Counted from the first letter of the stretch, positions 34,274-44,197 are shown. The stretch is 64,000 bases of DNA from Rhodothermales bacterium (GCA_965215165.1 CBDCCX010000006.1:3417097-3481096), one strand, 5' to 3'. Notes: generated by a model from the letters alone, not told the origin. Made by a program: numbers and translations.

Positions 34274-36505
34274 CTAGCCGACCCATTCGTGGTGCCCGCT
34301 ACCGCGACGCGGTGCAGGCGAGGCAGCCGGAGCGTCGGAGTCCGAAGCGGCGGCTGGAGAGGAAAACGAGGGACCGAGCGGCTGCTCGTCGGCGCGGTCC
34401 TGCGGCGGCGCGTCGCCCGCGCCGCCGCCGGAGAGCGAGAGGTCGACGCTCGCGCCGAAGTGCTCCTGGAGGACGGCCTGGATGCGGTCGGCCCCGGCCG
34501 AGGCGAGGCCGCGCAGCCCCGCGTCGCTGAAGCCGACGGCGACCACGAGGCCGTCGTCGCTGCGCCGGGTCTGGATGGTGAGCGTGCCCTCGCCGTCGTC
34601 GAGGCGGATCTGGAGCGACTGCCACGCGGCCGTCGGCGCGTGCCCCCGGAGCGGGCGGTCGAGCACGGCGCGGAGCCACGCGGCGGACAGCGCGCGCCGG
34701 GGCGACGCCGTCTCCCGCGCCGAGGTCGGCTCGGACGCGGCAGCGCCTTCGACGTGCTCGTCCGTCCTGACCCCGGCGAGATCGAGGCGGGGCTCGGTCG
34801 CAGCTTCGGCGACCGGCGGCGCGAAGGCGAGGCCCTCACCGGTGGGAGCCTCGGGTGCAGGGGCTAACGGGCCGGGCGCGTCGGGACCGGCGGGCGGCGG
34901 CGGGCGATCCGGCGCAACCGCGGCCTTCTGCGGTGAAGCCTCTGAGAGCGACTGTTTTGCTCTCGGAGCAGCCTCCTCCAGTGTGAGCAGGGAGACGCGC
35001 TCACGGACGCGGACGGAGGGCGCGGGAGCCGGGGCCTCCCCGTCGATTTCTGGACGGACCGCCGCCGTCTTCTCCGAAGAGACCTCGTCGCCCTCGACAG
35101 CGACGGGAACCGAGGGCTTCGAAGAAAACGGACGCCTCGGCGCGAGGACGGTCGCTAGGGCCGGTGTCTCCTGAGACTTGGTCGCTCCGGCGGTCGGCAC
35201 CGCTTCGGCCTGCACCGTCTGGGTACGCAGGGCCTCGAGCTTCGCCCCATCGAGCTTCGCCACGTCAGGCCTGGTCGCGTCGAGCTTCGTCCCGTCGGGC
35301 ATCGAGGTCTTGGGCGGTGTCGAAGTCTTGGGCGGTGTCGTCTCGGATGGGCGGGTCTCTGGCTTCGGTGCCTCAGTGCGAGACGAGTCTGGGGTCTGGA
35401 GTAGGTCTGGCTGTCGGACTTCCGCCGCCGGGCCGCTCGCCGGTGTCACCGTTCCGGCATCGGCCGTGCTCGCTGCCGGGGCGGCGTGCATGGTCGGACT
35501 GAGCGCAGGCGAAGAGGGCCGCGCCGCGCCCTGGGCGGGCGGCTGCGGGGCGCGGAGAGGGTGCGGTCCGAGCGGGGAGCGTCCTGCGTCAGGGCGTGGA
35601 GCCTCCGCTGTCGGCATTGGTAGCGCAGCGTCGGCGAGGGGTCTCGTCTCCGGGATGAAGGCGGCGAGGTCCGGCGAGCGAAGCGGCGTGACGAGGGCCG
35701 GTGCTGCGACGTGGGGCGGCGCGGCTCCCTCCGCCCGTGTCGGGACGAGCGAGGAGGCAGACGGTCGTGGGGTGCGCGAAGGACGGGACGCTCCGGCCGG
35801 CTCTGGCCCCGGCGGCGGCGCGGTCGGCGGCGTCGCATCCTCTGGTGCAGCGAGCGGTGCGGGAGGCGGCCCGGCGCTCCCTCGCGGAGAATCAGACGGC
35901 AGCGCGGCGGGTCGGGTGACAGTGGACTGAGCAGCGGAAGTCCGGACGACCGGCACTCCCTGAGCCTCGACACGGCCGTCCTCGACGCCGTCTGTCGGCT
36001 CTGGCCGGGAGGCGGTCAGCGGCATCGGGTCGTTCGAGGAACCACCGAGCGGTCGGAGAGGGGAGCCGGGGGTCCCATTCGGGAGACCTGACGGCGGCGC
36101 GGCGGACCGGACAACGGAGGGCCGAACGACGGGCGACCGGACGACCGACTCTGCTGGAGGCTCAGCACCGCCGGCCTCGGCATCGCGGGCCTCGAGACTG
36201 CCGGCCTCGGACGCTTGGTCCACAGCCTTGAGCGTCGCATCGACCGGGGCGGGCGGCGTAGGCGGTACGGGGACGAGCAGCACGGGCGCAGTGCTCGCGG
36301 TCTCCTCGACGAGCAGGGGAAGAGCCTCGGCGGCGGGATGGCCCGGACGGAGCGTATCGGCGAGGAGCGCGGCGAACGGTGGGGTGCCGGTCGACGAGGC
36401 GGTGGGCGCCGGGGCGTCGGGCGTCGGCACGCCATCCGCGAGCGCTGCACCGAGCTCGTCGGACGCAGCGGGGTGGGCTAAGAGGAGAGGAGACGCGGTC
36501 ATCAA
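34274..36505 (-). CDS. fliK: Flagellar hook-length control protein FliK
   Basis: Long Pro/Ala/Thr-rich region plus C-terminal LQIRLDDGEGTLTI domain; directly upstream of flgD. Confidence 0.75.
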   Translation of the reverse strand: MMTASPLLLAHPAASDELGAALADGVPTPDAPAPTASSTGTPPFAALLADTLRPGHPAAEALPLLVEETASTAPVLLVPVPPTPPAPVDATLKAVDQASEAGSLEARDAEAGGAEPPAESVVRSPVVRPSVVRSAAPPSGLPNGTPGSPLRPLGGSSNDPMPLTASRPEPTDGVEDGRVEAQGVPVVRTSAAQSTVTRPAALPSDSPRGSAGPPPAPLAAPEDATPPTAPPPGPEPAGASRPSRTPRPSASSLVPTRAEGAAPPHVAAPALVTPLRSPDLAAFIPETRPLADAALPMPTAEAPRPDAGRSPLGPHPLRAPQPPAQGAARPSSPALSPTMHAAPAASTADAGTVTPASGPAAEVRQPDLLQTPDSSRTEAPKPETRPSETTPPKTSTPPKTSMPDGTKLDATRPDVAKLDGAKLEALRTQTVQAEAVPTAGATKSQETPALATVLAPRRPFSSKPSVPVAVEGDEVSSEKTAAVRPEIDGEAPAPAPSVRVRERVSLLTLEEAAPRAKQSLSEASPQKAAVAPDRPPPPAGPDAPGPLAPAPEAPTGEGLAFAPPVAEAATEPRLDLAGVRTDEHVEGAAASEPTSARETASPRRALSAAWLRAVLDRPLRGHAPTAAWQSLQIRLDDGEGTLTIQTRRSDDGLVVAVGFSDAGLRGLASAGADRIQAVLQEHFGASVDLSLSGGGAGDAPPQDRADEQPLGPSFSSPAAASDSDAPAASPAPRRGSGHHEWVG

Positions 36506-37050
36506 CTCTGCGGCGTGGGAGCGTCGGCGGGCGCGGGGTCGCCGACGGGCGCGGGGGCTGGGCCGGTGGTGAGGTGCTGCACTAGGCGGGCGGCGCGCTC
36601 CGCCGGCAGCGCCTGGAGCAGCCGCGTCCGGTTCCGCGACGAGGCGGCACTGTAGATCATCCCGACGACCTCGAGGTCGAGGCGCGCGAGAATCGAGCTC
36701 AGCTCAGCGGGTTCGAGCTTGCTCAGCGTCCCGCTCAGGGCCTGGGCCTCGGCCTGCTGGCTCGCCGTCTGCTGGTCGTGCTCGGTGGCCTCGGCCGTGC
36801 GGATCTGCTCGCGCAGCGCCTCGACGTCGCGCATGGCGGCCTCGAGGTCGCGCTCCAAATCCACGGGACCGTCTGCCGTCGCTAGACTCGAATCCTCGAC
36901 CGCCCGGTCGGTGGCGGGCACGGCCGGCGGCGTGGCGAGGCTGTCGGCCACGACCTCGGGCTCCTCGCCCGGCAGCACGAACGTCGTCCCGACGAGGCTG
37001 GCGACGAAGCAGACGGCACCGAGGAGAGCGGGAAGAAGGGCCGATTTCAT
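36502..37050 (-). CDS. MotE/YlxF-like (MgtE N-domain) flagellar protein
   Basis: TM, coiled coil, helical repeats; position between fliJ and fliK. Confidence 0.65.
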   Translation of the reverse strand: MKSALLPALLGAVCFVASLVGTTFVLPGEEPEVVADSLATPPAVPATDRAVEDSSLATADGPVDLERDLEAAMRDVEALREQIRTAEATEHDQQTASQQAEAQALSGTLSKLEPAELSSILARLDLEVVGMIYSAASSRNRTRLLQALPAERAARLVQHLTTGPAPAPVGDPAPADAPTPQS

Positions 37051-37505
37051 CAGGCGGCCTCGCGCTGGGCGCGGCAGTAGGCCACGACGGCCTGTTCGTC
37101 GAGGAAGGCGAGCTCGGCGTCGGCCTGCGTTTTCCGGTGCGCGGTCTGTTCGCGGTCGCGGAGGGTCTCGAGGGCCTCCTCGGGGCGGCGCGTCAGGACG
37201 AGGGCGCGCTGCGCGGTGGCCTCCTGCGCTTGGCGCTCGGCGAGGGTCTGCGCTTCGGCCTCGGCGGCCCGCTGCGCGCGGAGTCGGTGCGCGGCTGCCT
37301 GCCGGAGACGGGCCACGCCGGTGCCGCCGCGGCTCGGAGTCGCCCCGAGAAGGCCCGCGAGCTTCTCCTGGGCCTCGGTGACGCGCGCCTCTTGGGCGCG
37401 GCGCGCGTCGGCGGCTTGGAGGACGGTGCGCTCGGCCTGCTGCGTCTCGTGGCGGCGGAGCTTGAGCACGGCGCGGAGCGAGAAGAGGAACTTCTTTCCA
37501 GACAT
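37050..37505 (-). CDS. fliJ: Flagellar export protein FliJ
   Basis: FLFSLRAVLKLR N-terminus, LDE C-terminus, follows fliI. Confidence 0.88.
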   Translation of the reverse strand: MSGKKFLFSLRAVLKLRRHETQQAERTVLQAADARRAQEARVTEAQEKLAGLLGATPSRGGTGVARLRQAAAHRLRAQRAAEAEAQTLAERQAQEATAQRALVLTRRPEEALETLRDREQTAHRKTQADAELAFLDEQAVVAYCRAQREAA

Positions 37506-37575
37506 TCTTGCCTCAGGCTATCGGTTTCGGGAGGAGTACGGGCGTATTCCGGTGTAATGCAAGCAGCCGGCCAAG

Positions 37576-38904
37576 TCACGCATCGAGGGCGGCGCGCAGG
37601 CTCGCCGTGGCGTCGGGCTCGGCCGGCTCGGCGACGCTTTGGCGGAGGAAGGCGGTGAGCGCGCCGTGCGCGTCGAGGGCGCGGTCGGTCTGGGCGTCGT
37701 GCCCGCGCTCGTAGGCCCCGATGCGGACGAGGTCTTCGATCGTGCGGTAGTCCGCGAGCAGGCGGCGCGCCTCGTCCGCGGTCGCGAGGGCGTGGGGCGA
37801 GACGACGCGCGGCATCACCCGGCTGACGCTCGCCGGCACGTCGATGGCCGGGAAGTGGCCCGCGTGGGCGAGGGCGCGCGAGAGCACGATGTGCCCGTCG
37901 AGGATGCCGCGCGCGGCGTCGGCGACCGGGTCGTTCATGTCGTCGCCGTCGACGAGCACGGTGAAGATGCCCGTGATGGTGCCGCTCGCGCCCGGCCCGG
38001 CGCGCTCCAGCAGGCGCGGCAAGAGGGCGAACACGCTCGGCGTGTAGCCCCGCGTCGTCGGCGGCTCCCCGACGGCCAGGCCGATCTCGCGCTGCGCCAT
38101 CGCCACGCGCGTCACCGAGTCCATCGTCAGCAGCACGTCGAGGCCGCGGTCGCGGAAGTGCTCGGCCAAGGCCATCGCCACGCTCGCGCCCTTGACCCGG
38201 CTCATCGCCGCCTGGTCGCCGGTCACGGCGACGACCACCGAGCGCCGCAGGCCGTCCTCGCCGAGGTTGTCCTCGACGAACTCGCGCACCTCGCGCCCGC
38301 GCTCGCCGACGAGCGCGATCACGTTGACGTCGGCCTCGGCGCGCCGCGCGATCATCCCCAAGAGCGTGCTCTTGCCGACCCCGGAGCCGGCGAAGATCCC
38401 GATCCGCTGCCCCTTGCCGATGGTCAGGAAAGCGTCGATCGCGCGGACGCCCGTCGCCATCGGCTCGGCGATGGTGCGGCGCGACAGCGGCGACGGCGGC
38501 TCGGCGTGGACCGCCCGCTCCTCGGCCGACCGGATCGGCCCCTTGCCGTCGAGCGGCCGGCCGTTCGCGTCGATCACGCGGCCCAGGAGCGCGTCGCCGA
38601 CCCGGACGGTCAGCGGCAGGCGCGAGCGCTCGACGAGGAAGCCCGCCTGCAGGCCGTGGGTCTCCTCGAGCGGCATCAGGACGGTCCGCCCGTCGCGCAC
38701 GCCGACGACCTCGGCCCGCAGCGAGCGCCCGCGGCCCTCGCCGTCGGCGCGGATCGTGCACAGCTCGCCGACGGCCGCGTCCAGCCCGCTCGCCTCGATC
38801 AGCAGGCCGACGACCGACTGCACGCGGCCGTAGGCCACCGGCCCCGGCGGTGCCTCGTGGAGCTGCGCCAGGCTCTGGGCGACGAACGACAGCGGCTCAG
38901 GCAT
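37576..38904 (-). CDS. fliI: Flagellar export ATPase FliI
   Basis: GIFAGSGVGKST, GERGREV, MDSVTR, GEPP, LDGHIVLSR. Confidence 0.97.
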   Translation of the reverse strand: MPEPLSFVAQSLAQLHEAPPGPVAYGRVQSVVGLLIEASGLDAAVGELCTIRADGEGRGRSLRAEVVGVRDGRTVLMPLEETHGLQAGFLVERSRLPLTVRVGDALLGRVIDANGRPLDGKGPIRSAEERAVHAEPPSPLSRRTIAEPMATGVRAIDAFLTIGKGQRIGIFAGSGVGKSTLLGMIARRAEADVNVIALVGERGREVREFVEDNLGEDGLRRSVVVAVTGDQAAMSRVKGASVAMALAEHFRDRGLDVLLTMDSVTRVAMAQREIGLAVGEPPTTRGYTPSVFALLPRLLERAGPGASGTITGIFTVLVDGDDMNDPVADAARGILDGHIVLSRALAHAGHFPAIDVPASVSRVMPRVVSPHALATADEARRLLADYRTIEDLVRIGAYERGHDAQTDRALDAHGALTAFLRQSVAEPAEPDATASLRAALDA

Positions 38905-39703
38905 CGTCGTCGAGCTCGGCGTCGGCGTCGTCCGGCAGGCCGAGGCGGTCTCGGAGCTGCCCGAGCAGCTCGGCCCGGACGCGGCGGACCGCCGCCTTCG
39001 GGGTTTCGACGAGCCAGTCTCCCTCGGCGAGGGACGGGTCCGTGGTCCAGCGAAGGCCGGGGAAGGTGGCGTCGAGGTGCTCGGCCAGGCCGTGCTCTTG
39101 CAGCCGCAGCCGGTCGGCCGGGTGGAGCGTCAGGGTCAGCGGGGCCTCCTCGGCGAGCTGCTCAACGGCGGCGGTGAGGGCCTCCTCCCCGAGGGCACGG
39201 AGGCCGTCCGGCAGGGGCGCGTCGAGGAGCGCCTCGGCCGTGTCGATCGCGAGCTGCACCAGCAAGGGTTCGGCGCGGCGGAGGTGGTCGGTCCAGCGAG
39301 CGCGCAGGCGCTTGGCGTCCTCGGCGAAGGCAGAGCGGTCGGCGTCGCGGTCGGCTTCGGCCTCGGCCTCGGCGGCGTTCGCTCCTTCAGCCAGGCCCTC
39401 GGCCCGACCGGCGGCAAAGGCCTCCTCGCGCGCGGCGGCGACAGCCTCGGCGAGCGCCGCGTCGGCCTCCGCCTGCCAAGCGGCGTGGGCCTCGTCCAGC
39501 GGGCTCGGCTCGGGGTCCGGCGGCGATTCGGGAAGCGCCTCCGGCGGCGCATCCAGCGGGAGGTCCGGCGTCCAGCTCGCCTCGATCTCGAACGGCTGCG
39601 CGAGCAGGCGCGCCTCGGCGCTCCGCAGCACCCCGCGCCGCCGGAACGGCTCTGCGGCCGGGGCCGGGGCGAGGCGATTGCGCTTGAGGAGAGGAGAGGA
39701 CAT
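38897..39703 (-). CDS. fliH: Flagellar assembly protein FliH
   Basis: AxxxG(xxxG) repeat, LTLHPAD, between fliG and fliI. Confidence 0.85.
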   Translation of the reverse strand: MSSPLLKRNRLAPAPAAEPFRRRGVLRSAEARLLAQPFEIEASWTPDLPLDAPPEALPESPPDPEPSPLDEAHAAWQAEADAALAEAVAAAREEAFAAGRAEGLAEGANAAEAEAEADRDADRSAFAEDAKRLRARWTDHLRRAEPLLVQLAIDTAEALLDAPLPDGLRALGEEALTAAVEQLAEEAPLTLTLHPADRLRLQEHGLAEHLDATFPGLRWTTDPSLAEGDWLVETPKAAVRRVRAELLGQLRDRLGLPDDADAELDDDA

Positions 39704-39778
39704 GGGGATAGACGAGGATGGGAAAAGTGGAGCGAGGGGCGGGCGGGACGGACATTCGATCTCCTCCGCGTTCGTCTG

Positions 39779-40813
39779 CTAGACCAGCACCTCCTCTTTC
39801 TGCTGGGCCGAGAGCGTGACCTCGCCGCGCTCCTCCAGGTCCTGCGCCACCTCGACGATCCGGCTCTGCGCCTCCTCGACGTCGGTGACGCGGACCGGCC
39901 CGAGCAGCTCGATCTCCTCGACGATGGACTCGCGGACGCGCTCGCTGACGTTGGCGAGCACCTTCTCCTTGAGCTCGTCCGGCGAGCCCTTGAGCGCGAG
40001 CGCCAGGTCCTTCTGGTCGACGCCGGTGAGCAGGCGCTGGAGGTCGCGGCCCTCGACCGAGATCAGGTCGTCGAAGACGAACATGAAGCCCTTGATGGAG
40101 CCGGCCAGCTCGGGCGAGCGCTCGCGCAGGGCGTCCATGATCGCCGCACCCGTCGAGCGGCCGGCGCTGTTGAGGATAGCCGCCACCTTCTCGACGCCGC
40201 CCTGGGCGCTCGCGCCGCCGAAGACGGGGCCGAGCTCCTGGCGGATCACCTCCTCGACCTCGGCCAGCAGGTCGGGGGCGGCCTCGTTCATCGTCGCGAG
40301 GCGGTAGACGACCTCGCTCTGGAAGTCGGGGCCGAGCGCGGCGAGGACCTCGCTGGCCTTGCGGGCGCTCATCCGGTCGAGGATGAGGGCGGCCGTCTGG
40401 GGGTGCTCGCCGCGGACGAAGCCGACGACCTGGTCCGTCGTGACGGTCTGGAGCAGCTCGAAGGCGGACCGCGCGGTGGCGGCCTCGACCTTGACCATCA
40501 CCTGGTCGGCCCGCTCGTTGCCGACCGCGTTGAGCAGCATCTCGCGCGCGACCGAGGCCCCGCCCTGGACGAGGTGGTTCGAGTCGAACGTCGCGTCGCG
40601 GTAGTCGAGCAGCACGCTCTCGACGACCTCGGCCGAGACGTTGCGCAGGCGCGCGATCTCGACCGAGATCTTCTCGAGGTCAGCGTCGGGCAGCAGCGGC
40701 ATGATCTTGGTCGCGGCCTCGACGCCGAGCGTGGTCAGCAGCACGGCCCCGCGCTGCGCGCCGGAGAGCGCCGTCGGGTCCTTGGCCGCAGGGGCGAATG
40801 GGGAGGGGATCAT
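39779..40813 (-). CDS. fliG: Flagellar motor switch protein FliG
   Basis: EHPQTAALIL, GGVEKVAAILN, MFVFDDL, LALALKG; start ATG 40813. Confidence 0.96.
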   Translation of the reverse strand: MIPSPFAPAAKDPTALSGAQRGAVLLTTLGVEAATKIMPLLPDADLEKISVEIARLRNVSAEVVESVLLDYRDATFDSNHLVQGGASVAREMLLNAVGNERADQVMVKVEAATARSAFELLQTVTTDQVVGFVRGEHPQTAALILDRMSARKASEVLAALGPDFQSEVVYRLATMNEAAPDLLAEVEEVIRQELGPVFGGASAQGGVEKVAAILNSAGRSTGAAIMDALRERSPELAGSIKGFMFVFDDLISVEGRDLQRLLTGVDQKDLALALKGSPDELKEKVLANVSERVRESIVEEIELLGPVRVTDVEEAQSRIVEVAQDLEERGEVTLSAQQKEEVLV

Positions 40814-40818
40814 GGCGG

Positions 40819-42474
40819 TCAGTTGGCGAGCGCGTGCTCCTGGTCCTGGGCGAGCCAGACGCGGATCAGCTCGGCGGTCTCCTCGGGCTGCTCGATGGCC
40901 TGCTGCTTGGTCTCCTCGTACATCGCCTCGCGGGCTTCGAGGCGGGCGCGGGCGCGGTCGGAGAGCTTGCGCGTGTAGAAGTCGCCGCTGTCGCCGAACT
41001 CGGCGAGCGCGTCGGGGTCGTCGCCGTCGGCGTGGGCGGGGAGGGCCCCGGCGGTCTGCGCGCCGGGCAGGGCGGGGGCACCGGCCTGGGCGGCGAGCTC
41101 GCCGGCGGTGTGGCGGCCGAGCACGGGGTCGGTGCGGACCAAGTCGAGCGGGTCGCCGGCGGCGTCGGCGACGCGGCGGACCGAGGAGCGGATGAGCCAC
41201 GCGGCCAGGCCGAGCGCGAGCACCATCAGCCCGTAGCGGAGGTAGAGCCGGAGGCGCTCGGCGCGCTCGTGCTCGCGCAGCTCGGCCACCACCTGGTCGT
41301 CGATCGAGGTGTCGAACTTGGCCTGGTGGATGGCGAAGCGGTCGCCGCGCTCGGGGTTGAAGCCGACGGCGTTCTTGACGAGCGCCTCGACCTCGCTGAT
41401 CTCGCGGTCGGTGTAGGGGACCGGCTCGGGGGCCGCGTCCTCGTCGCCCTCCGGCGCGGCGGGGGCGGGGCGGTGGTCGAGGATGACCGAGACGGTGAGG
41501 TAGTCCACGTCGCCGATGCTCTTCTCGGAGCGCCGGCGGGTGCGCGAGAGCTCGTAGTTGCGGACGGTCGAGTTGGAGGCGTCGAACTCGGCGTTCTCCT
41601 CGAGGCGCTCCTCGCTGATGACGGTCGCGCTCTCGGGATCGATGTCCTCGGACTCCTGGACGCTGCGGCTGAAGTCGAGCGCGGCGGCGATGCGGACGAC
41701 GGCCCGGCCCGGCCCGAGCACGCGGTCGAGCATCGACTGCCCGCTCTCGGTGAGGTGGCTCTCGACGGCGCGCTGGGTGCGGAGCTGGTTCGAGGTGAGC
41801 GTCAGGTCGGCGTTGCCGGCGTCGGGGTTGGAGAGGAGCGTCCCGCGCGCGTCGAGCACGGTCACGTCGGCGACGGCCATGCCCTCGACGGCCCCGGCCA
41901 CGAGCGAGGCGATGCCCTCGACCTGGCCGCGGTCGAGCGAGCCGCTGCCGGCGAGCTGGAGGACGACGCTCGCGCTGGGCTTGGTCTGCTGCTCGCGGAA
42001 CGGGCTGCGCTCGGGGAGCACCAGGTGGACCCGCGCCTGCGCCACCTGGCGGACGTTCGAGACGGTCCGCGCGAGCTCGCCCTCGAGGGCGCGCTTGTAG
42101 TTGAGCCGCTGCATGAAGTCCGTCATCCCAAGCGTCCCGCCGTCGAACAGCTCGTAGCCCACCGGCCCCTCGGCGACGACGCCCTCGCCGGCGAAGCGGA
42201 GGCGGAGGTCGTAGACCTGGTCGCGCGGGACGTAGACGGCCGTCCCGCCCTCCTCGAGCTGGTACGGGATGTCGTCGGCGCGGAGCGACTCCACGACGCG
42301 GCTGGCGTCGGTGGCCTCGAGCCGGCCGAAGAGGAGGGCGTAGTCGGGCTGGCTGGCCCAGTACGCGACCCCGCCGAGCACCGCCACGCCGCCGACGAGC
42401 ACCGCCCCGAGGGCGAGCTGCTGGCCGAGCGCGAGCCGGGCGAGGAACTGACGGATGTTGTCGAGAAAAGCCAC
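40819..42474 (-). CDS. fliF: Flagellar MS-ring protein FliF
   Basis: GYELFD, RALEGELARTV, ARVHLVLP, PSASV, AVGFNPERGD. Confidence 0.96.
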   Translation of the reverse strand: MAFLDNIRQFLARLALGQQLALGAVLVGGVAVLGGVAYWASQPDYALLFGRLEATDASRVVESLRADDIPYQLEEGGTAVYVPRDQVYDLRLRFAGEGVVAEGPVGYELFDGGTLGMTDFMQRLNYKRALEGELARTVSNVRQVAQARVHLVLPERSPFREQQTKPSASVVLQLAGSGSLDRGQVEGIASLVAGAVEGMAVADVTVLDARGTLLSNPDAGNADLTLTSNQLRTQRAVESHLTESGQSMLDRVLGPGRAVVRIAAALDFSRSVQESEDIDPESATVISEERLEENAEFDASNSTVRNYELSRTRRRSEKSIGDVDYLTVSVILDHRPAPAAPEGDEDAAPEPVPYTDREISEVEALVKNAVGFNPERGDRFAIHQAKFDTSIDDQVVAELREHERAERLRLYLRYGLMVLALGLAAWLIRSSVRRVADAAGDPLDLVRTDPVLGRHTAGELAAQAGAPALPGAQTAGALPAHADGDDPDALAEFGDSGDFYTRKLSDRARARLEAREAMYEETKQQAIEQPEETAELIRVWLAQDQEHALAN

Positions 42475-42480
42475 GGAGCG

Positions 42481-42558
42481 ATTTTAGACTGTGGAGTGGG
42501 GATTTGGGATTGGGAGGGTGCGGCGAGAAATCCGCAATCCCCAATCGGCCATCCAAAA
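42481..42558. repeat. Degenerate heptamer inverted repeats between fliE and fliF
   Basis: GATTTGG-GATTGGG ... AATCCGC-AATCCCC-AATCGGC-CATCCAA. Confidence 0.6.
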
Positions 42559-42561
42559 CCG

Positions 42562-42870
42562 TCAGACTTGCATCCGCATCAGCTCCTGGTAGGTCTCGAG
42601 CATCCGGTTGCGGACCTCGGTCATGAGCTGGAAGTGGAGCTTGGCCTCGTTCATCGAGATCATCACCTCGTGGACGTTCTCCTGCTCGCCGGCCACGAAC
42701 GCCTCGACGTGCTCGTCGGCGACCTTCTGCGAGGTGTCGACCTGGTCGATGGCGTCGGCGAGGGTGTCGCTGAAGCCGGTGCCCTCGGGGACGTCGACGC
42801 CGAAGGGCTGGCGGGCGAAGCCGTCGGTGCCGGTGGCGGGGCGTAAGCGCTGGAGCTCAGTAACGGTCAT
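42562..42870 (-). CDS. fliE: Flagellar hook-basal body protein FliE
   Basis: VHEVMIS..EVRNRMLETYQELMRMQV. Confidence 0.96.
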   Translation of the reverse strand: MTVTELQRLRPATGTDGFARQPFGVDVPEGTGFSDTLADAIDQVDTSQKVADEHVEAFVAGEQENVHEVMISMNEAKLHFQLMTEVRNRMLETYQELMRMQV

Positions 42871-42877
42871 GGCGAGG

Positions 42878-43153
42878 CTAGGCGTGGAGGTCGAGGCGGC
42901 CCCCGATGGCGTCGGGCTGGACGGCGTGCGCTTCGCGGTCGGGGCCGTAGAGGCGCTGCGTCAGCTCGGGCGCGGGCGGGAAGTAGCGGTCGATCATGCG
43001 CTGCTCGTCGGCCGAGAGCCCGCCGGACGGCGCGGCGGTCGATGCGGCAGCCGACGTTTGCGCCGGCTTGGCGTCGGCCGGAGCGTTTGGAGTCGGCTGG
43101 GCCGGGGGCGTTTGGAGGCGGCTGGCGGCGACGCCGAGGTGCGGGATCTTCAT
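42878..43153 (-). CDS. Small hypothetical protein in flgC-fliE operon
   Basis: Fills the gap co-directionally; LSADEQRMIDRYFP..YG..GGRLD motif. Confidence 0.65.
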   Translation of the reverse strand: MKIPHLGVAASRLQTPPAQPTPNAPADAKPAQTSAAASTAAPSGGLSADEQRMIDRYFPPAPELTQRLYGPDREAHAVQPDAIGGRLDLHA

Positions 43154-43199
43154 AGCAGTCGGGAAGTGGGGAGGAGCAAGGGAGGACGAACCGGCTGTG

Positions 43200-43706
43200 C
43201 TAGATCTCCATCGTGCGCTTGAGCATCTCCTTGACCGCCTGGACGGTCGTGAGGTTGGCCTCGTAGACGCGGTTGGCCGAGATCATGTGGGCCATCTCCT
43301 CGACCACGTTGACGTCGGGGTAGTGGACGTAGCCCTCGGCGTCGGCGTTGGGGTGGTCGGGGTCGTACTCGGTCCGCTCGGCGTCGATCTCGGCGATGTC
43401 GGTGGTCGGCCCGGTGTCGCGGTTGCGGAAGCGGCCGGTGAGCTGGCCGCTAGGGAAGTGGCGGTCGTCGGTGGTGCGGAGGCGGCTCTGAGCCTCGGTG
43501 AGCGAGCGGCCGAAGCGGGAACTGCCTGTCGGGTCGGCGGTCTGGACGGCGCGCTTGATGGCGTAGGCCTCGCCGTCCTGGGCGCGGGAGGAGGTGGCGT
43601 TGGCGATGTTGTCGGTCGCCGCGCCGAGCGCCAGGCGCTGGGCCTCGAGCCCGCGCGCGGCGGTGCGGAAGACGGAGAACGACGGCGTGTTCTTGATGAT
43701 CGGCAT
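43200..43706 (-). CDS. flgC: Flagellar basal-body rod protein FlgC
   Basis: NIANA, YDPDHPNADAEGYVHYPDVNVVEEM, YEAN. Confidence 0.96.
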   Translation of the reverse strand: MPIIKNTPSFSVFRTAARGLEAQRLALGAATDNIANATSSRAQDGEAYAIKRAVQTADPTGSSRFGRSLTEAQSRLRTTDDRHFPSGQLTGRFRNRDTGPTTDIAEIDAERTEYDPDHPNADAEGYVHYPDVNVVEEMAHMISANRVYEANLTTVQAVKEMLKRTMEI

Positions 43707-43795
43707 GGCGGAGAGCTGGGCGTGCGAGAAGCGGGGTGGGTGGGGGGAGCGTTTGGGCAGGGGCCGGGCTGCGGCCCCCCGCTCCCGTCCACCCA

Positions 43796-44134
43796 TTAGC
43801 CGGTGCGGCCGGTGATGCCGGTGCGGAGGATGTCGAAGTGCTCGCGGAGCGCGCGCGAGGTGAGCTGCGTCCGCATCTGGGTGTCGGCGAGGCTCATCAT
43901 CTCCTCCTCGAGGAACGCCGGGGCGTCCTCGATCTCGTAGCGCCCCTGGACGTCCTCGGGCGTGCGGAGCGACGGCGTGCTCCGGCGGCGGAGCTGCAGC
44001 TCATCCTCGAAGCGGACGGTCTCGCGCTGGTAGTCCGGCGTGTCGAGGTTGGCGATGTTGTCGGCGAGGGCCTGGCTCCGCATCGCGTACGCCTGCATGG
44101 CGTGGCGGAGGACGGAGAGCGTGGGGGTGTCCAT
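43796..44134 (-). CDS. flgB: Flagellar basal-body rod protein FlgB
   Basis: ADNIANLDTPDY, first gene of rod operon. Confidence 0.92.
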   Translation of the reverse strand: MDTPTLSVLRHAMQAYAMRSQALADNIANLDTPDYQRETVRFEDELQLRRRSTPSLRTPEDVQGRYEIEDAPAFLEEEMMSLADTQMRTQLTSRALREHFDILRTGITGRTG

Positions 44135-44182
44135 GGTCGTCGGGGGCCGGGTCGTCGGGAGCGCGTGGCTGCTCCTGGCCTG

Positions 44183-44197
44183 ACAACGACTGTGCCG
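44183..44197 (-). promoter_or_regulatory. Candidate sigma54 promoter of flgB operon
   Basis: CGGCACAGTCGTTGT: good -24, variant -12 (GT). Confidence 0.55.

Noticed and set aside
39779-42556. 925-aa ORF that looks like an N-terminally extended FliG or FliF-FliG fusion
   Set aside because: The extension is an Arg/Pro-rich alternative frame over fliF; fliF has its own stop at 40819 and FliG starts at 40813
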